64,000 nucleotides of DNA, from contig CBFFRP010000376.1 in NCBI GenBank assembly GCA_965644295.1, positions 182,285 through 246,284 of the forward strand, given 5' to 3'. The position numbers and the translations under genes were made by a program. The DNA comes from Paraphysomonas bandaiensis. Lineage: Eukaryota > Protista > Chrysophyceae. Position 1 is the stretch's first letter, and each line of letters begins with the position of its first letter. Below the pieces are notes generated by a model. It worked only from the letters and a program-made list of their open reading frames with translations, was not told the origin of the DNA and ran no database searches. Positions 50,040 through 61,600 of this stretch are shown here, one piece after another.

Positions 50040-52500
50040 CGTTCATCAAGTTTGATTTTGCATGACACCAAAAATTTTCTAAAGTGGGGCGTTCAAGAGA
50101 CCAAAAATATTTTGAACAGAATATGAAGTGAAACTAGACACAATAAGTTGGTTTAGTTTTAACTCGGATAGAATCGGCGCAAATTTTGTAGAATCATATG
50201 TCATGCTGGTGACTTATTTCACAAGTAGAGTAAAAAATGTAATGACATCAAGTACAGTCATATTAAACCACGGGCTTTAAGAAGGTTATATCGTTCAAAA
50301 GCACAATTTTGAAACGATGGCGAAGGAACGATAATAAATTAAATTACAGCTTATTTATCCTTATGATGTTGAAAACCGAAAATGTGGTTATATGTGTTAG
50401 AAAAGTAGGTGTTTAGTTATTAACATTAACAAAACAAATGAAACTCAATGGCAGCTACATAAGGGAATGGCAATTGGACTAGTTGAAATCAAACCAATAT
50501 ACCTCCGAAACAACAAATGTACTCCTACCATAGAAGGATGCTGAGGGAATTGCAATTGTGAGGCGTTGAAATTAGCTCGTACCTGTGACGAAGAATTAGT
50601 CGCAAGAGGCTTCTTGTTGTCATTGGCATCATCATCACATATATGTACATCACGCTTAAGCTTTGCTTGTGAAACTGACTTTATTGCTGTGTGTTTGATA
50701 TGACGCACACAATCCTGATAAGCACGACGTGACCCTTACCCTAAAAAGACTGAATGCCACTGGACTACTCCACATCACCTTCAGCGTCAGATGAGGCACT
50801 TGAGCTCCCCAGTAATAATCTTGAAGTTGTTTCAAAGTCCAGGTTACGAAGATAGATCGCTTGCAATGTCATCATTATGACCTTCTTCTACATCAGACCT
50901 TGGAGTGTTTAATGCTTTGGTTTTGAAAGTTCAATCATCGTTGTTGTTTCCCTAAAGTTTGTTATTATATCGAAATCACGTTCAAATCAATGTAAATAGT
51001 CATAGTCGATATCATAATTAAGATAGTTTCTGTTCGTACCAAAAATGAATTTGATGTCTACATATACCCAGTGCTAATATGAGCGTTTTGTTGAGCCCTT
51101 ATCAGATGAATAAAAACATTTTTGATGCAAAATGGGGATAATTAAATTCCATAATCTGTGTGTGTACGTCAATAAGTTATCAAAAAATACCATTTATGTA
51201 CATAGTTATATGAAATTCACTTTTATAATAACTTCGTACAGTAAACAACAATAATAGCTTTGTACTCTCAACAATCAGTCATAGATCTGGCATAGGCGTG
51301 CGTTACAAACTAACGAACATTCATTACGCGATTACTGCATGACATATTTCACAAAATCTAACGCACGCAACACAGAAAGAATATTACCCATGGTGGTATA
51401 CTTCACCTCCGTGTTTGCAAAAAATTGAAACTCGAGAACCACGCCATATCTATGTCTGGTTGCAGTTGTAACAACAATCTACATGTTGTTCCTATACTAG
51501 CAATATACGGTTAAAATGTATGCAAAGTATAGCTGACAACATAGTATTTCAAGCACTAGAGTATACGACTATAATAGCATTGTTTGTTGTAGTACAAACG
51601 CCGCAATAAATGCACATGTCCTTTAATCACTTATCAAGTGGTCACATGACAATTTAATTTAGCATCTGGCCATCCCGCAAAGTATAACTTAACGTTGCAG
51701 GGGCAGTAGACGCAACACCAATATATGCATGGATACAGTCAAAGTACCTTTTGAGTTCAGTGTGCACATTCCGTGAGCGGCGTAGGTGCAACCACACATA
51801 GCTTGATTTATAATAAGACATGGGGATTGCAATTGTCGGGTTTCCACAGCATGTCATATGTATCAGAGGAGTGTAAGTGGCCGGATGCAGCAATTTACAG
51901 GATTTTGCAACACTTCATCAAAGGAAATGCAAAAAGTGCTGAAGAGTTTAGTATTTGGGAACATTATCTGTTCCACCTTAATAAATTACAATAATCATAT
52001 TATCAAGGTAATTCTATATATCCACCTGAAAATGAAATATTCAGAGCATGTGAATTATGTCCTCGAAATAAACTGAAAGTAGTTATTCTTGGACAACTTC
52101 CTTATCATTAAATTGACCAACGCACTCCTGTCTTTCATGTTTAGGGAGACAAGAATGTGAAACACTATAATATTGTATAATGAGGTGGGTTTCGGACGGT
52201 TTTGCGCTCTGCGGCGCCAACACAGCAAGAGAAAAAAGTTCCGTATAAGGCGGCCCAAATCGAATAGTTCATTGGAGAATATTTAGCAAAAAAAAGAATA
52301 CGCCCCTGTTTTTTTGTATTTTCAGGAAACCCAATTTTTGTGGCTCGGAGAAATTCAAATTTCGAAATGCCCAATTATCTTACTGCAAATCTGAATGATA
52401 CGATATAATCGGTTTATGCCTCTTGGATCTTTGCTGAAATTTTCAATTTTTGTAGACCAGTGTTGATAAGAAGGGTTCAGGTGTCTAAGGGCCACATATC
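50040..52500. mobile_element. Probable degenerate transposon-derived region
   Basis: No spliceable gene found. Contains broken coding-like fragments and subterminal-like sequence, but no TIR or TSD could be fixed. Confidence 0.25.
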
Positions 52501-52643
52501 TTACTATCACACTATAGTAAAATGTGGATCTCTTTGGAAATAGCTCTCTAATCTCTACAGGAATATACTTATCTTATTGGAATATAACTAATAAACTGCT
52601 AATCTGTTTATAAAATAATTATCGAGTGCAGAGTGTGGTGGAA

Positions 52644-55600
52644 ATGGTGCACCCTAGAGTTGCCATCTTAATCATGGCATTAGGTGCATTTGCTATTGCC
52701 ACCAACGCACCTACATCATCACCTTCAGTTGACCCCTCATCCTGTCCTCAAGTTAGTAGTAATCATACGGATGTAATAGATATGGTAAATAAAATGCCAG
52801 TTAATAAGAAATGGTTAGAGGGTGGTTATGCCAGTGTAGATGACCAGGAGTGGGTCGCAGTGTCTACATCTGTCAGTACATTTTCTAACGCTAGTGTTTT
52901 TGTGAGTCTTCCGAATATTCCGGGAGAAACTTCATCTGATGGTTATCCTGCGATTGCCAGAGTTCGAAATGTCCAGACATTGTCTGGGACCGTAACTTTT
53001 GAGACTCGCATCTACCAAGCAAATGATAGTTACTGTTCGAAGGAGTGGGCGATACCAGAGCCTATATCCCCGGCAATGACACTATCTTGGTTAGTAGCTG
53101 AGCATGGCGTGTACAATGTTTCAAACAATATGTTTGTGGTTGGTGAAGGTCCAATTACCAGACAGGATAATGATCCCAGTAACAATGCTAATTTCGTTCG
53201 ATTCAATTTCCCGCCTGGATGTGAGTCATCGACAATATATTGTGCGTATCCGGAAGGTGTGGATGCTGGAGTGGTATTGCAGCTTCAGACGCTTGTGTAT
53301 GATCGTTTGTTGATTCCTCGGACTAGGAATGTTGGTCGTCGCTTCTTCCGAGCAGTGTTACAGCCGCATGATTCATCCGATCCGTCCTACTATGTGATGA
53401 ACGCTACAGCTGAAACTTTGGCCTACTTTTCGTTTGCGGATTCTGTTGCAATTAGTTGTGTTGAGGGTTTAACATTTGAGGGTGCTATATTTAACGGCGT
53501 GACTGATGTGAGACGGCATATTGACTTTCAATACACTTACTTGACTCTTCCTGGTATATTCGGCACAGTCGGGAGCTCCACTAGTTTGTCGGATTCGACT
53601 GGTTTGCGTGCATTTAATCGTACTACTACCGGCGCAAGTATCATTACCCAGGAAGATCAATGTGTGGACGAGGAAACTATTCACACGGCTGAGGAGACTG
53701 TGTTTACCTTTGTCGTTGGTGAGCAATCGCTGGCCTCGTCTTGCACGATCTGTAATGTTGCTTTCTCACCAACTGTGTTTAGTTCGCCCACGTCTTCTCC
53801 GTCGTTCGTTCCTAGCTTTTCACCGACACATACTCCGACTTTTATTCCTTCTAATTCGCCCACTTTTTCACCAACTTCTATTCCATCGAGCGGGCCTACT
53901 TTGAGCCCGACGAATGCACCCACCGTTTGTCCTACATGTGGACCTACTTCCTGTCCAACAGCTACGCCTTCTGTTTTACCTACTGTTGGACCTACACAAT
54001 GTCCAACTGGTGCTCCTACTTCTTTTCCGACGGCTGCACCTACTGCAAGCCCAACAGTTGCCCCCACCGGGTCGCCTACATTGAAGCCTACATCGAGCCC
54101 AACAGGTGCACCATCCGTGTCGCCAACATCTGGACCTACTGCAAGCCCAACAGTTGCCCCCACCGGTTCACCTACATTGGATCCTACATCTAGTCCGACG
54201 GTTATTCCCACTACTGCACCGTCAGTGTTGCCCACAACACCGAATACCACAATGACACCAACATTTGTTCCTACTACGTCACTTCCAACCGTGTCACCTA
54301 CAACATCTCCTACCTCTTCACCCACGTCGGAACCGTCGCAACAGCCTTCCGCTTCACCAAGTTTTGCTCCATCTGGTTCACCGACTTTGTCCCCCACATC
54401 TTCACCCACGTTGGAACCGTCCCATCAGCCTTCTGCTTCACCAAGTTTTGCTCCATCTGGTTCTCCAACTTTGTCCCCTACATCTTCACCCACGTCCTCT
54501 CCTACGATTACTCCTACAGTTGTGGAGACTCTCTCTCCTACAATCTCTAATAGCTCCTGTGGTGCTAAGGAGACAGGAGATTTGTATGATTTGGTCAGCA
54601 AAGAAGAGATTGTCAGTACCTGGCTAGAGGGTGGATTTGCTGGTGTTGATGACCAGGAGTGGGTGACAATATCTACATCTGTCAGTACATTTTCTAACGC
54701 TAGTGTTTTTGTGAGTCTTCCGAATATTCCGGGAGAAACTTCATCTGATGGTTATCCTGCGATTGCTAGAGTTCGAAATGTCCAGACATTGTCTGGGACC
54801 GTAACTTTTGAGACTCGCATCTACCAAGCAAATGATAGTTACTGTTCGAAGGAGTGGGCGATACCAGAGCCTATATCTCCGGCTTTGTCATTATCTTGGT
54901 TAGTAGTTGAACATGGTGCTTACAATTTATCAGGTAGTTTCTTTATTGTTGGTGAAGGTCCAATTACCAGACAGGATAATGATCCCACTAACAATGCTAA
55001 TTTCGTTCGATTCAATTTCCCGCCTGGATGTGAGTCATCGACAATATATTGTGCGTATCCGGAAGGTGTGGATGCTGGAGTGGTATTGCAGCTTCAGACG
55101 CTTGTGTATGATCGTTTGTTGATTCCTAGAACACTGGTAGTTGGTCGTCGCTTCTTCCGAGCAGTGTTGCAGCCGCATGATTCATCCGATCCGTCCTACT
55201 ATGTGATGAACGCTACAGCTGAAACTTTGGCCTACTTTTCGTTTGCGGATTCTGTTGCAATTAGTTGTGTTGAGGGTTTAACATTTGAGGGTGCTATATT
55301 TAACGGCGTGACTAATGTGAGACGTCATATTGACTTTCAATACACTTACTTGACTCTTCCTGGTATATTCGGCACAGTCGGGAGCTCCACTAGCTTGTCG
55401 GATTCGACTGGTTTGCGTGCATTTGATCGTACTACTACCGGCGCAAGTATCATTACCCAGGAAGATCAATGTGTGGACGAGGAAACTATTCACACGGCTG
55501 AGGAGACTGTGTTTACCTTTGTCGTTGGTGCCCAGGATGTCGTTTCTTCTTGTACTGTGTGTCGTGCGGTGTTTGTGCCGGAGTCATCAAGTCCGACATC

Positions 55601-58600
55601 AGTCCCATCGATATCATCTCAGCCCACTATTGGGCCATCCGCTAGTCCTTCATCGAATCCTACTTTGAGTCCGACCGATGTTCCAACTGTTAATCCTACC
55701 GTTTTACCAACACTTTCACCAACAGGATCGCCTACATCAGACCCAACACTCAACCCAACAGCATCCCCTACAGTATTTCCAACAGGGATTCCATCATCCA
55801 ATCCAACAGTGGCCCCAACTCCTTCACCAACAAGTGGGCCTACATTGGAGCCTACTGCCAGCCCAACAGGTGCACCTTCTGTTTCGCCAACATCTGGACC
55901 TACTGCAAGCCCAACAGTTGCCCCCACCGGGTCGCCTACTTTGAAGCCTACATCGAGCCCAACAGGTGCACCTTCCGTTTCACCAACATCTGGACCTACT
56001 GCAAGTCCAACAGTTGCCCCCACCGGTTCACCTACATTGGATCCTACATCTAGTCCGACGGTTATTCCCACTACTGCACCGTCAGTGTTGCCCACAACAC
56101 CGAATACCACAATGACACCAACATTTGTTCCTACTACGTCACTTCCAACCGTGTCACCTACAACATCTCCTACCTCTTCACCCACGTCGGAACCGTCGCA
56201 ACAGCCTTCCGCTTCACCAAGTTTTGCTCCATCTGGTTCACCGACTTTGTCCCCCACATCTTCACCCACGTTGGAACCGTCCCATCAGCCTTCTGCTTCA
56301 CCAAGTTTTGCTCCATCTGGTTCTCCAACTTTGTCCCCTACATCTTCACCCACGTCCTCTCCTACGATTACTCCTACAGTTGTGGAGACTCTCTCTCCTA
56401 CAATCTCTAATAGCTCCTGTGGTGCTAAGGAGACAGGAGATTTGTATGATTTGGTCAGCAAAGAAGAGATTGTCAGTACCTGGCTAGAGGGTGGATTTGC
56501 TGGTGTTGATGACCAGGAGTGGGTGACAATATCTACATCTGTCAGTACATTTTCTAACGCTAGTGTTTTTGTGAGTCTTCCGAATATTCCGGGAGAAACT
56601 TCATCTGATGGTTATCCTGCGATTGCTAGAGTTCGAAATGTCCAGACATTGTCTGGGACCGTGACTTTTGAGACTCGCATCTACCAAGCAAATGATAGTT
56701 ACTGTTCGAAGGAGTGGGCGATACCAGAGCCTATATCTCCGGCTTTGTCATTATCTTGGTTAGTAGTTGAACATGGTGCTTACAATTTATCAGGTAGTTT
56801 CTTTATTGTTGGTGAAGGTCCAATTACCAGACAGGATAATGATCCCACTAACAATGCTAATTTCGTTCGATTCAATTTCCCGCCTGGATGTGAGTCATCG
56901 ACAATATATTGTGCGTATCCGGAAGGTGTGGATGCTGGAGTGGTATTGCAGCTTCAGACGCTTGTGTATGATCGTTTGTTGATTCCTAGAACACTGGTAG
57001 TTGGTCGTCGCTTCTTCCGAGCAGTGTTGCAGCCGCATGATTCATCCGATCCGTCCTACTATGTGATGAACGCTACAGCTGAAACTTTGGCCTACTTTTC
57101 GTTTGCGGATTCTGTAGGTATTAGTTGTGTTGAGGGTTTAACATTTGAGGGTGCTATATTTAACGGCGTGACTAATGTGAGACGTCATATTGACTTTCAA
57201 TACACTTACTTGACTCTTCCTGGTATATTCGGCACAGTCGGGAGCTCCACTAGCTTGTCGGATTCGACTGGTTTGCGTGCATTTGATCGTACTACTACCG
57301 GCGCAAGTATCATTACCCAGGAAGATCAATGTGTGGACGAGGAAACTATTCACACGGCTGAGGAGACTGTGTTTACCTTTGTCGTTGGTGCCCAGGATGT
57401 CGTTTCTTCTTGTACTGTGTGTCGTGCGGTGTTTGTGCCGGAGTCATCAAGTCCGACATCAGTCCCATCGATATCATCTCAGCCCACTATTGGGCCATCC
57501 GCTAGTCCTTCATCGAATCCTACTTTGAGTCCGACCGATGTTCCAACTGTTAATCCTACCGTTTTACCAACACTTTCACCAACAGGATCGCCTACATCAG
57601 ACCCAACACTCAACCCAACAGCATCCCCTACAGTATTTCCAACAGGGATTCCATCATCCAATCCAACAGTGGCCCCAACTCCTTCACCAACAAGTGGGCC
57701 TACATTGGAGCCTACTGCCAGCCCAACAGGTGCACCTTCTGTTTCGCCAACATCTGGACCTACTGCAAGCCCAACAAGTGCACCTTCCGTTTCACCAACA
57801 TCTGGACCTACTGCAAGTCCAACAGTTGCCCCAATTCCTTCACCAACAAGTGGGCCTACATTGGAGCCTACTGCAAGCCCAACAGTTGCCCCCACCGGTT
57901 CACCTACATTGGAGCCTACATCGAGCCCAACAGGTGCACCTTCCGTTTCACCAACATCTGGTCCTACTGCAAGCCCAACAGTTGCCCCCACCTGTTCGCC
58001 TACATTGGAGCCTACATCGAGCCCAACAGGTGCACCTTCTGTTTCACCAACATCTGGTCCTACTGCAAGCCCAACAGTTGCCCCCACCTGTTCGCCTACA
58101 TTGGAGCCTACATCGAGCCCAACAGGTGCACCTTCTGTTTCGCCAACATCTGGTCCTACTGCAAGCCCAACAGTTGCCCCCACCGGTTCGCCTACATTGG
58201 AGCCTACATCGAGCCCAACAGGTACACCTTCTGTTTCGCCAACATCTGGTCCTACTGCAAGTCCAACAGTTGCCCCCACCGGTTCACCTACTTTGGAGCC
58301 TACATCGAGCCCAACAGGTGCACCTTCCGTTTCACCAACATCTGGACCTACTGCAAGTCCAACAGTTGCCCCCACCGGTTCACCTACATTGGATCCTACA
58401 TCTAGTCCGACGGTTATTCCCACTACTGCACCGTCAGTGTTGCCCACAACACCGAATACCACAATGACACCAACATTTGTTCCTACAACGTCACTTCCAA
58501 CCGTGTCACCTACAACATCTCCTACCTCTTCACCCACATCGGAACCGTCGCAACAGCCTTCCGCTTCACCAAGTTTTGCTCCATCTGGTTCTCCGACTTT

Positions 58601-61600
58601 GTCGCCCACATCTTCACCTACGTCGGAACCGTCCCTTCAGCCTTCCGCTTTACCAAGCTTTGCTCCATCTGGTTCTCCGACTTTGTCCCCTACATCTTCA
58701 CCCACATCGGAACCGTCGCAACAGCCTTCCGCTTCACCAAGTTTTGCTCCATCTGGTTCACCGACTTTGTCGCCCACATCTTCACCGACATCGGAGCCGT
58801 CCCATCAGCCTTCCGGTTCACCAAGCTTTGCTCCATCTAGTTCTCCAACTTTGTCCCCTACATGTTCACCCACGTTGGAACCGTCCCATCAGCCTTCCGC
58901 TTTACCAAGTTTTGCTCCATCTGGTTCTCCGACTTTGTCCCCTACATCTTCACCCACATCGGAACCGTCGCAACAGCCTTCCGCTTCACCAAGTGTTGCT
59001 CCATCTGGTTCTCCGACTTTGTCCCCCACATCTTCACCCACGTTGGAACCGTCCCATCAGCCTTCCGCTTCACCAAGTTTTGCTCCATCTGGTTCTCCAA
59101 CTTTGTCCCCTACATCTTCACCCACGTCCTCTCCTACGATTACTCCTACAGTTGTGGAGACTCTCTCTCCTACAATCTCTAATAGCTCCTGTGGTGCTAA
59201 GGAGACAGGAGATTTGTATGATTTGGTCAGCAAAGAAGAGATTGTCAGTACCTGGCTAGAGGGTGGATTTGCTGGTGTTGATGACCAGGAGTGGGTGACA
59301 ATATCTACATCTGTCAGTACATTTTCTAACGCTAGTGTTTTTGTGAGTCTTCCGAATATTCCGGGAGAAACTTCATCTGATGGTTATCCTGCGATTGCTA
59401 GAGTTCGAAATGTCCAGACATTGTCTGGGACCGTAACTTTTGAGACTCGCATCTACCAAGCAAATGATAGTTACTGTTCGAAGGAGTGGGCGATACCAGA
59501 GCCTATATCTCCGGCTTTGTCATTATCTTGGTTAGTAGTTGAACATGGTGCTTACAATTTATCAGGTAGTTTCTTTATTGTTGGTGAAGGTCCAATTACC
59601 AGACAGGATAATGATCCCACTAACAATGCTAATTTCGTTCGATTCAATTTCCCGCCTGGATGTGAGTCATCGACAATATATTGTGCGTATCCGGAAGGTG
59701 TGGATGCTGGAGTGGTATTGCAGCTTCAGACGCTTGTGTATGATCGTTTGTTGATTCCTAGAACACTGGTAGTTGGTCGTCGCTTCTTCCGAGCAGTGTT
59801 GCAGCCGCATGATTCATCCGATCCGTCCTACTATGTGATGAACGCTACAGCTGAAACTTTGGCCTACTTTTCGTTTGCGGATTCTGTTGCAATTAGTTGT
59901 GTTGAGGGTTTAACATTTGAGGGTGCTATATTTAACGGCGTGACTAATGTGAGACGTCATATTGACTTTCAATACACTTACTTGACTCTTCCTGGTATAT
60001 TCGGCACAGTCGGGAGCTCCACTAGCTTGTCGGATTCGACTGGTTTGCGTGCATTTGATCGTACTACTACCGGCGCAAGTATCATTACCCAGGAAGATCA
60101 ATGTGTGGACGAGGAAACTATTCACACGGCTGAGGAGACTGTGTTTACCTTTGTCGTTGGTGCCCAGGATGTCGTTTCTTCTTGTACTGTGTGTCGTGCG
60201 GTGTTTGTGCCGGAGTCATCAAGTCCGACATCAGTCCCATCGATATCATCTCAGCCCACTATTGGGCCATCCGCTAGTCCTTCATCGAATCCTACTTTGA
60301 GTCCGACCGATGTTCCAACTGTTAATCCTACCGTTTTACCAACACTTTCACCAACAGGATCGCCTACATCAGACCCAACACTCAACCCAACAGCATCCCC
60401 TACAGTATTTCCAACAGGGATTCCATCATCCAATCCAACAGTGGCCCCAACTCCTTCACCAACAAGTGGGCCTACATTGGAGCCTACTGCCAGCCCAACA
60501 GGTGCACCTTCTGTTTCGCCAACATCTGGACCTACTGCAAGCCCAACAGGTGCCCCCACCGGTTCACCTACATTGGATCCTACATCGAGCCCAACAGGTG
60601 CACCTTCTGTTTCGCCAACATCTGGTCCTACTGCAAGCCCAACAGTTGCCCCCACCGGTTCACCTACTTTGGAGCCTACATCGAGCCCAACAGGTGCGCC
60701 TTCCGTTTCACCAACATCTGGACCTACTGCAAGTCCAACAGTTGCCCCCACCAGTTCACCTACATTGGATCCTACATCTAGTCCGACGGTTATTCCCACT
60801 ACTGCACCGTCAGTGTTGCCCACAACACCGAATACCACATTAGCACCAACATTTGTTCCTACAACGTCACTTCCAACCGTGTCACCTACAACATCTCCTA
60901 CCTCTTCACCCACATCGGAACCGTCGCAACAGCCTTCCGCTTCACCAAGTTTTGCTCCATCTGGTTCTCCGACTTTGTCCCCCACATCTTCACCCACGTT
61001 GGAACCGTCCCATCAGCCTTCCGCTTCACCAAGTTTTGCTCCATCTGGTTCTCCAACTTTGTCCCCTACATCTTCACCCACGTCCTCTCCTACGATTACT
61101 CCTACAGTTGTGGAGACTCTCTCTCCTACAATCTCTAATAGCTCCTGTGGTGCTAAGGAGACAGGAGATTTGTATGATTTGGTCAGCAAAGAAGAGATTG
61201 TCAGTACCTGGCTAGAGGGTGGATTTGCTGGTGTTGATGACCAGGAGTGGGTGACAATATCTACATCTGTCAGTACATTTTCTAACGCTAGTGTTTTTGT
61301 GAGTCTTCCGAATATTCCGGGAGAAACTTCATCTGATGGTTATCCTGCGATTGCTAGAGTTCGAAATGTCCAGACATTGTCTGGGACCGTAACTTTTGAG
61401 ACTCGCATCTACCAAGCAAATGATAGTTACTGTTCGAAGGAGTGGGCGATACCAGAGCCTATATCTCCGGCTTTGTCATTATCTTGGTTAGTAGTTGAAC
61501 ATGGTGCTTACAATTTATCAGGTAGTTTCTTTATTGTTGGTGAAGGTCCAATTACCAGACAGGATAATGATCCCACTAACAATGCTAATTTCGTTCGATT

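Noticed and set aside
50733-50745. cccttaccctaaa and aaccctaaac (about 40759) telomere-like words
   Set aside because: Only one or two units each, consistent with chance.
57650-59130. Regular direct repeats superficially like a CRISPR array
   Set aside because: No unique spacers and no cas genes. The repeats are in-frame coding minisatellites in a eukaryotic gene.
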